DNA from: an uncultured Burkholderiales bacterium
GTDB taxonomy: Bacteria; Pseudomonadota; Gammaproteobacteria; Burkholderiales; Burkholderiaceae_D
Assembly: GCA_966211965.1 (NCBI GenBank)
Contig: CBIHON010000017.1
Span: 3,482 to 67,481 of the forward strand
DNA: 64,000 nucleotides
Reading direction: 5' to 3'
Positions 1 to 10,213 of the stretch are shown here, in pieces (positions within the stretch are counted from its first letter, which is position 1; every line of letters begins with the position of its first letter). Under the pieces are notes generated by a model. It was not told the origin of the DNA, ran no database searches, and saw nothing but the letters and a program-made list of their open reading frames with translations. The position numbers and the translations under genes are program-made.

Positions 1-1114
1 TATTCGCGGCGGTGCGATAGGAGCCGACGTCGTGCACATCCATGCCCAGCCAATGGCCGGTGCGATGCATGTAGAACTGGCGGTAGTCGCCCTTAGCGAT
101 CACGTCTTCGAGCGTGCCGACCTTGTTCCGGTCGAGCAGGCCGGTGTCGAGCATGCCTTGCGCCAGCACGCGTACCGCGGCGTCATGGCCGTCGATGAAG
201 CGCTGGCCCGGACGGGTTTCGGCGATCGCGGCGGCTTGCGCGGCCAGCACGATCTCATACAAGGTTTTTTGTGGGCCGGAAAACACGCCGTTGGCGGGAT
301 AGGTGCGGGTGATGTCGGAGGCATAGCTGCCGAGCTCGCAACCGGCATCGATCAAAACCAGGTCGCCGTCGCGCAGCACCGCATTGCCGGCGCGGTAGTG
401 CAGCACGCAGGCGTTGGCGCCGGTGGCGACGATCGAGGTATAGGCCGGGAATTCGGATCCGTTTTTACGGAATTCGTGTAATAGTTCTGCCTCGATCTGA
501 TACTCGGTGAGGCCGGGGCGCGACATTTGCATCGCGCGGCGATGCGCCCCACCCGAGATCTCGGCGGCGCGCCTCATCAGGCTGATTTCCTGCGTGTCCT
601 TGAACAGGCGCATTTCGTCGAGCAGCACGCGCACGTCGTGCACCGCCGACGGTGCGCTGACGCCGGCGCGCGCCTGCATGCGCACGGACTGCATCCAGCT
701 CTGTACCTGCGCATCGAGCTTGGCATCGCTGCCGAGCGCGAAAAAAAGTGCGGGCGCATCGGCCATCAGTTTCGGCATTTCGGTGTCGAGCGCGCTGATC
801 GGGAAGGCGGCATCGAAGCCGAAGGATTCGCGCGCCGCCTCGGGGCCGTAGCGGAAGCCGTCCCAGATTTCGCGCTCCAGGTTTTTTTCGCGACAGAACA
901 GGATGGCCTGCGTAGTCTTGCCGGCGACCAGGACGATCACCGCTTCCGGTTCGGTGAATCCCGACAAATAATAGAAATAGCTGTCGTGGCGGTACGGATA
1001 ATCGGAATCGCTGTTGCGCCTCGCTTCGGGCGCGGTCGGTAGGATTGCAATCCCGCCGCCTTTGGCCTGCATCTGTGCGATCAGGCTGGCGCGGCGGTCG
1101 GCATAGGTTTTCAT
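1..1114 (-). CDS. pepP: Xaa-Pro aminopeptidase (PepP), C-terminally truncated by the window edge
   Basis: Manual minus-strand translation from the ATG at 1114 gives MKTYADRRASLIAQMQ...HRTGHWLGMDVHDVG, an M24B aminopeptidase-P-like sequence with the HxxGHxLG metal-binding motif. No stop occurs before position 1, so it is absent from the ORF track. The start overlaps the murU stop by 4 bp (ATGA). Confidence 0.75.
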   Translation of the reverse strand, partial: MKTYADRRASLIAQMQAKGGGIAILPTAPEARRNSDSDYPYRHDSYFYYLSGFTEPEAVIVLVAGKTTQAILFCREKNLEREIWDGFRYGPEAARESFGFDAAFPISALDTEMPKLMADAPALFFALGSDAKLDAQVQSWMQSVRMQARAGVSAPSAVHDVRVLLDEMRLFKDTQEISLMRRAAEISGGAHRRAMQMSRPGLTEYQIEAELLHEFRKNGSEFPAYTSIVATGANACVLHYRAGNAVLRDGDLVLIDAGCELGSYASDITRTYPANGVFSGPQKTLYEIVLAAQAAAIAETRPGQRFIDGHDAAVRVLAQGMLDTGLLDRNKVGTLEDVIAKGDYRQFYMHRTGHWLGMDVHDVGSYRTAAN

Positions 1115-1830
1115 GGACGGATTCCTTTGATGAGAGGGGCATTCAATTCCGCGAGTTGTTCCGGCGTGCCGACATTGCTCCAGTCGCCCCGATACACTTC
1201 GCCGCCGATCCGGCCGCGCTCCGCGTATTCCCGGATCAGGGGGCCGAGCTTGGCCGATTCGCCGGGCACGATGCGATCGAACATCTCGGGCCGGTACACG
1301 CCGATATTGGCGAAGGTATGCATCGGCTCACCCTGGTTGACCACGGAAAAACTGTTCAGCGCGAAGTCGCCCTTTGGATGGTAGGACGGATTCTTCACCA
1401 GGTAGATCCAGGCAATGTCGCGCTCGTCGCGCGGTATCGGATTGCCCCAGGCATCATGGTCTTCCAGCGTGTTCTTGACCTGCTCGAAATTGAAGTGCGG
1501 TATGTAGATGTCGCCCGACACCACGAGGAACGGCTCTTCTCCCAACAGGTGAAGCGCCTTGGCGATGCCGCCTGCGGTTTCCAGCGCGGTGCCTTCGGGC
1601 GAATAGGCCAGACGCGCGCCGAAGCGGGTGCCGTCGCCCAGCGCGTCTTCGATCATCTGGCCCAGGTGGGCGTGGTTGATCACGATCTCCGTGATGCCGG
1701 CACGCACCAGGTTCAGGATCTGCCAGACGATCAGCGGCCGGCCGCGCACTTTCAAGAGCGGCTTGGGGCAGGTGTCGGTCAGCGGACGCATACGTTCGCC
1801 GCGTCCGGCGGCGAGGATCATGGCTTTCAT
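1111..1830 (-). CDS. murU: N-acetylmuramate alpha-1-phosphate uridylyltransferase (MurU-like sugar nucleotidyltransferase)
   Basis: ORF 1111..1893. The N-terminus MKAMILAAGRGERMRPLT is a classic nucleotidyltransferase G-rich loop. Start chosen at the internal ATG at 1830. It lies immediately downstream of the amgK-like kinase, as in the Pseudomonas amgK-murU pair. Confidence 0.8.
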   Translation of the reverse strand: MKAMILAAGRGERMRPLTDTCPKPLLKVRGRPLIVWQILNLVRAGITEIVINHAHLGQMIEDALGDGTRFGARLAYSPEGTALETAGGIAKALHLLGEEPFLVVSGDIYIPHFNFEQVKNTLEDHDAWGNPIPRDERDIAWIYLVKNPSYHPKGDFALNSFSVVNQGEPMHTFANIGVYRPEMFDRIVPGESAKLGPLIREYAERGRIGGEVYRGDWSNVGTPEQLAELNAPLIKGIRP

Positions 1831-1849
1831 TTTTTCGAAATCATTCTGC

Positions 1850-2887
1850 TTAAAACGTATATCCAACCTGCGGCGCGGTGTTTTCCAATTCATCCAACAG
1901 CCGTACCAGCGGCTTCAAGGCCGTATACCGGTTGGCCGCGTTGCGCGTGTAAGCCATCACCAGCGGCAGGCCTTTCAGGTATGCATCCTTGCCGTCGCGA
2001 TGATACAGCCGCGCGAAAATGCCCAGCACTTTCAGATGGCGCTGCACGCCCATGAATTCAAAGTCGCGGTAGAACGTGTCGATATCCGGATTGACCGGCA
2101 GGCCGGCCCGTTTGGCGCGTTCCCAGTAGCGGATCACCCAGTCCAGCACCAACTCTTCATCCCACTGTATATAGGCGTCGCGCAGCAGCGATACCAGATC
2201 GTAGGTGATCGGGCCGAATACCGCATCCTGGAAATCGAGAATGCCGGGATTGCCCTGAGCCAAAACCATCAGGTTGCGCGAATGATAGTCGCGATGCACA
2301 TACACCTGTGCTTGCGCCAGGTTGTTGGCCAGCAAGGCTTCGAAGACTTTGTTCAAGGTCGCGCTTTGCTGCTCCGATAAAGTCAGGCCCAAATGCTTGC
2401 CGATGTACCAGTCGGGAAACAGCATCAATTCCTTCAACAGCAGCGCGCGGTCGTACTCCGGGAAAATGTCCGGCCGGCTCTGCGCCTGGATCAATACCAG
2501 CGCGTCGATTGCATCCATGTACAGCTTGTGCGCCGTGTCGTGATTGAGCTGATGCAAGTAAGTGGTCGACCCCAGGTCGGATAGCAGCAGGAAGCCGCAT
2601 TCGACGTCCTGCGCAATGACGCGCGGCACCGTGGCGCCGGTTCCGCCGAATACATCTGCCACATGGATGAACGGCCGCACGTCTTCTTGCGGCGGCGGTG
2701 CGTCCATCACGATATAGGTCGACCCGTCCGCACCGTCGATGCGGAAATAACGGCGGAAACTGGCATCCGAAGAGGCCGGTCTAAGCGAGTCGGGCAACAC
2801 GGACGGAGCCGGCAGGCTGTTCAACCATTGTTTTAATTGGGCAAGACGGGAGTCGGGAGATGCATCGAGAGAAGCTTGTAAAGACAT
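1850..2887 (-). CDS. amgK: Aminoglycoside-phosphotransferase-fold anomeric sugar kinase (AmgK-like MurNAc/GlcNAc kinase)
   Basis: ORF 1850..3049. The APH/choline-kinase fold is recognisable (HRDYHSRNLMV catalytic loop, DFQD). The internal ATG at 2887 (MSLQAS...) gives about 346 aa. It is divergent from lptD, as in Pseudomonas. Confidence 0.8.
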   Translation of the reverse strand: MSLQASLDASPDSRLAQLKQWLNSLPAPSVLPDSLRPASSDASFRRYFRIDGADGSTYIVMDAPPPQEDVRPFIHVADVFGGTGATVPRVIAQDVECGFLLLSDLGSTTYLHQLNHDTAHKLYMDAIDALVLIQAQSRPDIFPEYDRALLLKELMLFPDWYIGKHLGLTLSEQQSATLNKVFEALLANNLAQAQVYVHRDYHSRNLMVLAQGNPGILDFQDAVFGPITYDLVSLLRDAYIQWDEELVLDWVIRYWERAKRAGLPVNPDIDTFYRDFEFMGVQRHLKVLGIFARLYHRDGKDAYLKGLPLVMAYTRNAANRYTALKPLVRLLDELENTAPQVGYTF

Positions 2888-3156
2888 GGAACGGCCTGAA
2901 TACGGGTTGGAATAGGATAGGAATGATGCGAAACGAACTCCCGGTTCGGGGGTGGCTGACGGGCATGCTCGGCGTTGTTCCTGCGTTTGTGCGCCAAGCC
3001 GTTCGGAGCCTGGAACGCTTTGCATCGGTATCCCGCCAGCCGGGCCCAAACCAGGCGCTTATTCCGTAATCATTCCTTAGTTCCCATATAATAAGGGATT
3101 CAACTCAAAAAATCGCCTGCCATGGAGTTCGCAACGGTGTACTTTCCCCTCTTTTC

Positions 3157-5379
3157 ATGACCCGGTTTTCTGTATTTCCCCCTTCGCAAGGTTGGTTTGG
3201 CGTATTGACGGCCGTGGTGACCGCCGCGTCGGCGCCGACCGCGGCATTCGCGCAGAGCACGCAGAATCCTGCCAAGCCCGCCAAAGCGGATGAGGCGGAA
3301 GCACCGGCTATCCTGCGGGCGGAACAAATGAAAGGCCGTCCCGACCGCGAAGTCATCCTGGAACGCGAAGTCGAAGTCACGCGCGGCCCGACCGTGGTCA
3401 ATGCCGACAAAGCGACCTACAGCATTGTCGAAGATGAAGTGGACGCGGTCGGCAACGTGCGCATGAAGCGCCTGGGCGACCGCTATACCGGCGATGAGCT
3501 GAAACTGAAAATAGACGTGGGGCGAGGCTTCGTATTACATCCGACCTACCGGCTGGGGCGCAATAACGGCCAGGGCAAGGCGCAACGCATCGATTTCGAA
3601 TCGGAAGAGCGCGCCACCATCACTGACGGCACCTACAGCACTTGCGAAGGCCCGGATCCTGATTGGTACCTGCAAGCCGATACCATCCAGCTCGACCGCG
3701 GCCGCGATGCCGGCAACGCATCGAGCACGGTGGTGTATTTCAAGGGCGTGCCCATCCTCGGCATGCCGGCCTTGTCCTTTCCCTTGTCGGATGCCCGCAA
3801 ATCCGGGTTCCTGCCGCCGAATTACGGCACAACGTCGAATGGCGGGCTCGAAATCGCACTCCCGTATTATTTCAATATCGCCCCCAATCGCGACCTGACC
3901 CTGTATCCGAAACTGATCACCCGGCGCGGTTTGCAACTGGGCGCCAACGGCCGTTATCTGGGCGAAACCTATAGCGGCGAAACCAATGTCGAGATGCTGT
4001 TCAATGACCAGCAGACCAAGACCAATCGCTATGCGATTTCATCCGTGCATAACCAAAGCCTGATGCCTGGGCTTGGCTTGTCATGGAATCTGAACAAGGC
4101 ATCGGACGACGATTACCCGAGCGATTTTTCGCGCTCCATCACCGCCAGTTCGCAGCGCCTGCTGGCGCGCGACCTGCGACTGAATTACGGCATGGGACTC
4201 TGGAATGCCTCCGCCTTGGTGTCGAATTACCAGGTCTTGCAAGACCCCGCCGCGCCGATCACCCGGCCTTACGCACGCCTGCCGCAACTCACTTTGCAAG
4301 GGCAGCGGCTGGATGTGCAAGGTTTCGACTGGAGCTTCGACGCGGAATTGACGCGCTTCTGGCATCCGGATTTGCCGCGCGGCGAACGGTTGGTGCTGAA
4401 CCCCAAAATTTCTTATCCGATCATTCGGCCCGGTTATTTCGTGACGCCGAAATTGTCTTTCGATCTGACCAGGTACAGCCTCAGTTATCCGGCCAATTGG
4501 ATGGCAGCCAATCCGTCGCAGGCCACGCCTTCGGACCTCACCCGCGCCTTGCCGACCTTCTCGATCGACAGCGGTTTGGTATTCGAGCGCGAAGCCCGCT
4601 TTTTCGGCCAAAGCATGACGCAGACCCTGGAACCGCGCTTGTTCTATGTCAGGACGCCGTATCGCGACCAGAGCCAGTTCCCGAATTTCGACAGCGCCGA
4701 AGCCGATCTGAGCTTCGCGCAACTGTTCACTGAAAACCGCTTTATCGGACATGACCGCATCAGCGATGCGAACCAGCTCACTGCGGCGGTGGCTTCGCGT
4801 TTCATCGAACCGTCCGGCGAGGAGCGCATGCGTTTCGCGCTCGGGCAGCGTTTTTATTTCAGCGACCAGCGGGTCAGCCTGAATGCCGGTTCGATCGTTC
4901 CCGACAGCCGTTCCGACCTGTTGCTGGCGGCGTCCGGCAAGCTGAGTTCGACGCTGAGCGTGGACGGCAATATCCAGTTCAGCGAAAGTTCGCGCAGCGT
5001 CTACCGCGCCAACTACGGCGTGCGCTGGCAGCCCGCGCCGAAGCAGGTGCTGAATGTGCAATACCGCCGCGACCGGCTCAACAGCCTTGAGCAGATAGAC
5101 GTGTCCGGCCAATGGCCGATGGCCAAGCGCTGGTATGCAGTCGGGCGGATCAACTACTCGCTGCCGAACAGCCAGGTCGTCGAAGGTTTGCTCGGCATGG
5201 AATACAAGGCGGATTGCTGGGTATTCCGCGTCGTCGCGCAACGCACGCCGACCGCAACGGACAAGGCCACCTCGACCCTGTTCCTGCAACTGGAATTGAA
5301 CGGCTTGACCCGTCTCGGCACCAATCCCCTGGAATCGCTGCGCACCAGTATCCCGGGCTACCAGGTGGTCAACCAATAA
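3157..5379 (+). CDS. lptD: LPS-assembly outer-membrane protein LptD (OstA/Imp)
   Basis: 740-aa ORF with a signal peptide (MTRFSVFPP...AAFAQ), an OstA N-terminal domain and a large C-terminal beta-barrel. It sits upstream of surA-pdxA-rsmA, the canonical order. Confidence 0.9.
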   Translation: MTRFSVFPPSQGWFGVLTAVVTAASAPTAAFAQSTQNPAKPAKADEAEAPAILRAEQMKGRPDREVILEREVEVTRGPTVVNADKATYSIVEDEVDAVGNVRMKRLGDRYTGDELKLKIDVGRGFVLHPTYRLGRNNGQGKAQRIDFESEERATITDGTYSTCEGPDPDWYLQADTIQLDRGRDAGNASSTVVYFKGVPILGMPALSFPLSDARKSGFLPPNYGTTSNGGLEIALPYYFNIAPNRDLTLYPKLITRRGLQLGANGRYLGETYSGETNVEMLFNDQQTKTNRYAISSVHNQSLMPGLGLSWNLNKASDDDYPSDFSRSITASSQRLLARDLRLNYGMGLWNASALVSNYQVLQDPAAPITRPYARLPQLTLQGQRLDVQGFDWSFDAELTRFWHPDLPRGERLVLNPKISYPIIRPGYFVTPKLSFDLTRYSLSYPANWMAANPSQATPSDLTRALPTFSIDSGLVFEREARFFGQSMTQTLEPRLFYVRTPYRDQSQFPNFDSAEADLSFAQLFTENRFIGHDRISDANQLTAAVASRFIEPSGEERMRFALGQRFYFSDQRVSLNAGSIVPDSRSDLLLAASGKLSSTLSVDGNIQFSESSRSVYRANYGVRWQPAPKQVLNVQYRRDRLNSLEQIDVSGQWPMAKRWYAVGRINYSLPNSQVVEGLLGMEYKADCWVFRVVAQRTPTATDKATSTLFLQLELNGLTRLGTNPLESLRTSIPGYQVVNQ

Positions 5380-5400
5380 ACTTTTAATGCTTACCGAACC

Positions 5401-6801
5401 ATGAAGACTTTGCATGCCATGCATCCCGCCAAGACCCCGATTCGTCATCTCACGCTCGCGGCCGTCCTGCTCGGCGTCGCGTGCGCGAGCGCGCCCGCCT
5501 GGGCCCAGTTCAAAACGCCGGACGGCGCCAAGCCCGCTGCCGCAGCGCCGAAGCGGATCCAACTGGCCGACGCCATCGTCGCCGTGGTCAACAACGAAGT
5601 CATTACGCGCGTCGAATTGATGGAGCGCATGCAGATGGTGGAAGCGCGCATGAAAGCGCAGGGCGTCGCGATGCCGCCGCAAGCCGAGTTCCAGAAGCAA
5701 TTGCTCGAACGCCTGATCGTCGATCGCGCCCAGTTGCAACTGGCCAAGGATTTCGGCATCAAGGTCGACGACATCATGCTCGACCGCGCAGTCGGCCGCA
5801 TTGCCGAGCAGAACAAGATGTCGATGCAGGATTTCCGCAACCAGGTCGAACGCGAAGGCATGAGTTTCGCCCGCTTCCGCGAAGAGATCCGCGAAGAGAT
5901 CCTGTTGCAGCGCCTGCGCGAACGCGAAGTCGACAACAAGATCCAGATTTCGGAATCGGAAATCGACAACTACCTCGGCACGGAGTCCGGCGCGCGCCAG
6001 GCGCAGCAGGAATTCAACCTGGCCCAGATCCTGGTGCGGATTCCGGAAAACGCCTCGGCCGAGCAAATCGCCGCGCGCCGCCAGCGCGCCGAAGAAGTGC
6101 TGCGTCAATTGCATAGCGGCGGCGATTTCGCCAAGCTGGCCGTGACCTATTCCGATTCGAACGACGCCTTGAAGGGCGGCGACCTTGGCTGGCGCGACCA
6201 GAACCGTCTGCCCCAGCTTTTCCTCGATGCCGTCGCCAACCTGAAGCCCGGCGAGATCTCGGGAATCGTAAAAAGCGCCAACGGCTTCCATATCGTGAAG
6301 CTGGCCGGCAAGCGCGCCGCCAGCGTGATGAAAGGCGGCACCGCGCCCGCGACCGTGGAGCAGACCCATGCGCGCCATATCCTGATCAAGGTCAATCAAC
6401 TGGTCAGCGCGGCCGATGCCAAGCGCAAACTGACCGAACTGAAACAGCGCCTCGACAACAAGGCGGCAAAATTCGAAGACTTGGCCAAATCGTTTTCCAA
6501 CGACTTATCCGCTTCCAAGGGCGGCGATCTGGGCTGGATTTATCCGGGCGATACCGTGCCGGAATTCGAGGCGGCGATGAAGGCCTTGAAGCCGGGCGAA
6601 GTCAGCGAGCCGGTCGAATCGCCCTTCGGCTATCACCTGATCGAAGTCCTGGAGCGCAAGACCGACGATGTCTCGCAAGAGCGCCAGCGCTTCGCGGCGC
6701 GCCAGGTGATCCGCGAACGCAAGCTGGAGGAGGCAACCCAGGACTGGCTGCGCCAGGTACGCGACCGCGCCTATGTCGAATACCGCAGCGACGAAAAATA
6801 A
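5401..6801 (+). CDS. surA: Periplasmic chaperone / peptidyl-prolyl isomerase SurA
   Basis: 466-aa protein with a signal peptide, an N-terminal chaperone domain and two parvulin PPIase repeats (GGDLGW...FGYHLI). Position is between lptD and pdxA. Confidence 0.9.
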   Translation: MKTLHAMHPAKTPIRHLTLAAVLLGVACASAPAWAQFKTPDGAKPAAAAPKRIQLADAIVAVVNNEVITRVELMERMQMVEARMKAQGVAMPPQAEFQKQLLERLIVDRAQLQLAKDFGIKVDDIMLDRAVGRIAEQNKMSMQDFRNQVEREGMSFARFREEIREEILLQRLREREVDNKIQISESEIDNYLGTESGARQAQQEFNLAQILVRIPENASAEQIAARRQRAEEVLRQLHSGGDFAKLAVTYSDSNDALKGGDLGWRDQNRLPQLFLDAVANLKPGEISGIVKSANGFHIVKLAGKRAASVMKGGTAPATVEQTHARHILIKVNQLVSAADAKRKLTELKQRLDNKAAKFEDLAKSFSNDLSASKGGDLGWIYPGDTVPEFEAAMKALKPGEVSEPVESPFGYHLIEVLERKTDDVSQERQRFAARQVIRERKLEEATQDWLRQVRDRAYVEYRSDEK

Positions 6802-6829
6802 TGTTCCGCAATCTTTCCTTTCCGGCGTC

Positions 6830-7861
6830 GTGAGCGCGCGCCCGACTCTCGCCGTCACCTGCGGCGAACCTGCCGGCATCGGCCCCGAGATCGCCCTTAG
6901 AGCGGCTTGGGAATTGCGCGCGCAATTCAATTGCGTGCTGATCGGCGATTCTTCTTTCCTGTCGATCTGCGCCGCGGCGATCGATCCGGCGATCCGGCTG
7001 CTTGCGCTGTCGCTGGAGGCGGTACGCAATAGCGGCTTGCCGGATTTGCCGGCCGACCGGATTGCGGTGGTCGATTGCATGCTGGCGGCGCCGGTGGTGG
7101 CCGGCCGGCTCGATGCGCAAAACGGCCGCTATGTATTGCAGTCGCTGGATATCGCAATCGAAGGTGCGCAGCAAGGCTGGTTCGACGCGATCGTCACCGC
7201 TCCGCTGCAAAAGAGCACCATCAACGATGCCGGCGTACCGTTCACCGGCCATACCGAATACCTTGCTGAAAAGACCGGCACGCCTCAGGTGGTGATGATG
7301 CTGGCCGGCGGTACGCCGCTGCTGCGGGTGGCGTTGGCCACCACCCACCTGCCCTTGAAAGACGTTGCGGCTGCGATCACCTTCGACGGCCTGGCGCGTA
7401 CGCTTGATATTCTGCACGGAGATTTGCAGCGCAAGTTCGGCCTGGCCCGGCCGCGTATCCTGGTCACAGGCTTGAACCCGCATGCGGGCGAGGGCGGTTA
7501 TCTCGGACGAGAAGAAATCGATGTCATCACGCCGGTGCTGCAAGCCGCGCAAGCCAAAGGAATGGCGGTCAACGGCCCGTTTCCGGCCGACACGCTGTTC
7601 CAGCCGAGGCACCTGGAACAAGCCGATTGCGTGCTTGCGATGTACCATGACCAGGGGTTGCCGGTGTTGAAGTTCGCCAGCTTCGGGCATGGCGTCAATA
7701 TCACGCTCGGCTTGCCGATCATACGCACCTCGGTGGACCACGGCACCGCGCTTGATCTGGCGGCACAAGGGTTCGGGCATGCGGACCATGGCAGCATGAT
7801 GGCGGCGATCAAGGTGGCGGCGCAGATGGTTGTGGCGGGCTCCGGTCGGTCAAGCAGTTAA
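6830..7861 (+). CDS. pdxA: 4-hydroxythreonine-4-phosphate dehydrogenase PdxA
   Basis: ORF 6773..7861. It contains [15 protein letters not shown] (compare the E. coli [13 protein letters not shown]) and the HxxEY / GHxDHG metal-site motifs. The GTG at 6830, just after the surA stop, is the likely start; the alternative ATG at 6773 would overlap surA. Confidence 0.85.
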   Translation: MSARPTLAVTCGEPAGIGPEIALRAAWELRAQFNCVLIGDSSFLSICAAAIDPAIRLLALSLEAVRNSGLPDLPADRIAVVDCMLAAPVVAGRLDAQNGRYVLQSLDIAIEGAQQGWFDAIVTAPLQKSTINDAGVPFTGHTEYLAEKTGTPQVVMMLAGGTPLLRVALATTHLPLKDVAAAITFDGLARTLDILHGDLQRKFGLARPRILVTGLNPHAGEGGYLGREEIDVITPVLQAAQAKGMAVNGPFPADTLFQPRHLEQADCVLAMYHDQGLPVLKFASFGHGVNITLGLPIIRTSVDHGTALDLAAQGFGHADHGSMMAAIKVAAQMVVAGSGRSSS

Positions 7862-8003
7862 ATATATTCGCATAAAAAGCCGCTCCACCTGCCCTGCGAG
7901 GCTGAATCGTTCAGGGGGGCGATCGAAAAAAGCGAGGACCAGTTCCCTCTCCCGCGAGGGGTGAGGGAACTGTCCCCGGCATGTTGGCAATCCAGGCTCT
8001 CAA

Positions 8004-8780
8004 ATGAATCACATTCCCCGTAAACGCTTCGGCCAAAATTTCCTGACCGACCAGGCGGTACTGCACGATATCATCCGTGCCATCGATCCCAAGCCCGGCG
8101 ATACGATGGTCGAAATCGGTCCTGGCCTGGCTGCGATGACGCGCCTGTTGCTGGATTCGCTCAAGCAATTGCATGTGGTCGAACTGGACCGCGACTTGGT
8201 CGCGGGGCTGAAAAAGAGCTTCGATCCGGCGAGGCTGATCGTGCATGCCGGCGATGCCCTGCAATTCGATTTTTCTGAAATTCCAGTACCCCCGGAGCGT
8301 AAGCTGCGCGTGGTCGGCAACCTGCCTTACAACATTTCAAGCCCATTGCTGTTTCGCTTGAGCGAGATCGCGCCGCTGGTGCAGGACCAGCACTTCATGC
8401 TGCAAAAGGAAGTGGTCGAGCGCATGGTGGCCGAGCCGGGCAGCAAGGTATATGGCCGCTTGTCGGTGATGCTGCAATGGCGCTACCACATGGAGTTGAT
8501 GTTCATCGTCCCGCCCACCGCTTTTGATCCGCCGCCCCGCGTCGATTCGGCTATCGTGCGCATGATTCCGCTGGCGCAGCCGCTGGCCTGCGATCAGGCC
8601 AAGCTGGAGCAGGTGGTGTTGAAGGCCTTTTCGCAGCGGCGCAAGGTGATTCGCAACTGCTTGGCCGGCATGTTCACCGAGAATGAGCTGATCGATGCCG
8701 GCGTGAATCCGCAGGACCGGCCGGAGGCGGTGGCATTGAAGCAGTTTGTGGCCTTGGCAAATCGCTTGCCCGGCTTTTGA
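8004..8780 (+). CDS. rsmA: 16S rRNA (adenine1518/1519-N6)-dimethyltransferase RsmA/KsgA
   Basis: 258-aa protein beginning MNHIPRKRFGQNFLTD with VVEIGPGLAAMT and NLPYNISSP motifs, following pdxA. Confidence 0.9.
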   Translation: MNHIPRKRFGQNFLTDQAVLHDIIRAIDPKPGDTMVEIGPGLAAMTRLLLDSLKQLHVVELDRDLVAGLKKSFDPARLIVHAGDALQFDFSEIPVPPERKLRVVGNLPYNISSPLLFRLSEIAPLVQDQHFMLQKEVVERMVAEPGSKVYGRLSVMLQWRYHMELMFIVPPTAFDPPPRVDSAIVRMIPLAQPLACDQAKLEQVVLKAFSQRRKVIRNCLAGMFTENELIDAGVNPQDRPEAVALKQFVALANRLPGF

Positions 8781-8838
8781 TTCTGCTGCCGCTGCGCCTG
8801 TCTTCTTTGGCCTGACGCACACTCCCGGCTTTATCGCC

Positions 8839-9228
8839 TCAAGCCTCTTTGCGCTCGATCAATTCGATCTTGTACCCGTCCGGGTCTTGCACGAACGCGA
8901 TCACGCTCGTGCCGCCTTTCACCGGACCTGCTTCGCGCGTGACGCTGCCGCCCTGGGCCTTGATGGCTGCGCAGGTCTGGTAAGCGTCCTCGACGGCGAT
9001 GGCGATGTGGCCGTAGGCGGTGCCGATATCGTACTGATCGACGCCGTAGTTATAGGTCAATTCGAGTTCCGCATGATCCGGGTTGGTGCCGTAGCCGACG
9101 AAGGCCAGCATATATTTTTGCTCGGGCCGGTCGGTGGTGCGCAGCAGTTTCATGCCGAGCAGCTTGGTATAGAAATCGATCGAGCGCTGCAGGTCGCCGA
9201 CTCGCAGCATGGTATGGAGGATGCGCAT
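8839..9228 (-). CDS. gloA: Lactoylglutathione lyase (glyoxalase I)
   Basis: 129-aa protein [21 protein letters not shown]...GHIAIAV...KIELIE, strongly similar to GloA. Confidence 0.9.
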   Translation of the reverse strand: MRILHTMLRVGDLQRSIDFYTKLLGMKLLRTTDRPEQKYMLAFVGYGTNPDHAELELTYNYGVDQYDIGTAYGHIAIAVEDAYQTCAAIKAQGGSVTREAGPVKGGTSVIAFVQDPDGYKIELIERKEA

Positions 9229-9246
9229 GTTTGTCTCGGTAAAAAA

Positions 9247-10161
9247 TCAGAAAACCGGCAGTGTTTCCGGCGCCTGTTCGCGCAAGGCTTTCTTTGCGGC
9301 CTGGAATTCCGGGAACACCGATTGCACCGTGGCCCAGAACCGGGGACTGTGGTTCATCTCGCGCAGGTGCGAAAGCTCGTGCGCGATCACGTAATCGATC
9401 AAGGGCTGCGAAAAGTGTATCAGCCGCCAGTTCAACCGGATCTTGCCGTCCGCGGTGCAAGAGCCCCACTGTGTCATGGCCGACGACAAAGCGAATGAGC
9501 GATAGCTGACTTCCAATTTTGCCGCGTAGACCGGCAACCGTTCGGCAAAGATCCGGCGTGCTTCCTGTTGCAGCCAGCCTTGCACGCGGTCTTTCAATTG
9601 CTGTTCACCGGCGTCCGGCGGCAGGCCGATGGTCAATTCGCGCGTGAGGCTATCGAAAGCGACGCCGCAATTTTGCGCCGCGACGATGCGCAGCGTGATG
9701 TCGGCGCCGAGATAGGACAGCGTGCCGCCGTCGCGCCATTGCATCTGCGGTTGCAGGCGGCGTGCGGCGCGTTCGCGGCGGTCGACCAGCTTGGCGAAAA
9801 TCCAGCGCTGCTTGCCGCGGATCGCGTTGTCGATTTCGGCCAGCGTCACCCATTTCGGCGCCGTGACGCGCAGTCCCTCGTCATCGATCAGGAAACCGAT
9901 CGAGCGCCGCTTGGAACGTTGCAGGCGGTAATCGAGCACATGCTCGTTGAGCTGGATGCGGCGCATGCCGTGCGGCACCGCAGGCGGCGGCGCAGGCGGC
10001 CGCAATTGCTGCGCATGCGTTGATGCCGGGTGATCGACTTTCGGTAGAGGAGAGGGATCAGGAGAGGGAAAATCAAACGGCAGCGCTAGTTGATTCGGGT
10101 CGGGCGTGGTTTGTCGGAGGAGCTTTTTCAAGAAATTCAGGACAGTCACGATTTTATTCAT
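9247..10161 (-). CDS. YgjP-like M48-family zinc metallohydrolase (DUF45 / UTP pyrophosphatase-like)
   Basis: ORF 9247..10203 with an HEXXH motif (IAHELSHLREMNHSPRFW) and a YgjP-type C-terminus. The start is probably the MNKIVTV ATG at 10161. Confidence 0.75.
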   Translation of the reverse strand: MNKIVTVLNFLKKLLRQTTPDPNQLALPFDFPSPDPSPLPKVDHPASTHAQQLRPPAPPPAVPHGMRRIQLNEHVLDYRLQRSKRRSIGFLIDDEGLRVTAPKWVTLAEIDNAIRGKQRWIFAKLVDRRERAARRLQPQMQWRDGGTLSYLGADITLRIVAAQNCGVAFDSLTRELTIGLPPDAGEQQLKDRVQGWLQQEARRIFAERLPVYAAKLEVSYRSFALSSAMTQWGSCTADGKIRLNWRLIHFSQPLIDYVIAHELSHLREMNHSPRFWATVQSVFPEFQAAKKALREQAPETLPVF

Positions 10162-10213
10162 TGCCGAACCGGAATGCGCTGCGCCGTATGTCGTGCAGCG
10201 CATCTTGGGCCCA

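Noticed and set aside
465-1142. 225-aa minus ORF and 171-aa plus ORF in the first kilobase
   Set aside because: The real gene here is pepP in another minus-strand frame with no stop before the window edge; these are shifted-frame artefacts.
1045-2380. Plus-strand ORFs of 336 and 250 aa
   Set aside because: Antisense to murU and amgK.
4081-6399. 772-aa minus-strand ORF
   Set aside because: Antisense to lptD and surA, which carry strong homology; an Arg/Ala/Gly-rich translation of this kind is typical of GC-driven spurious ORFs.
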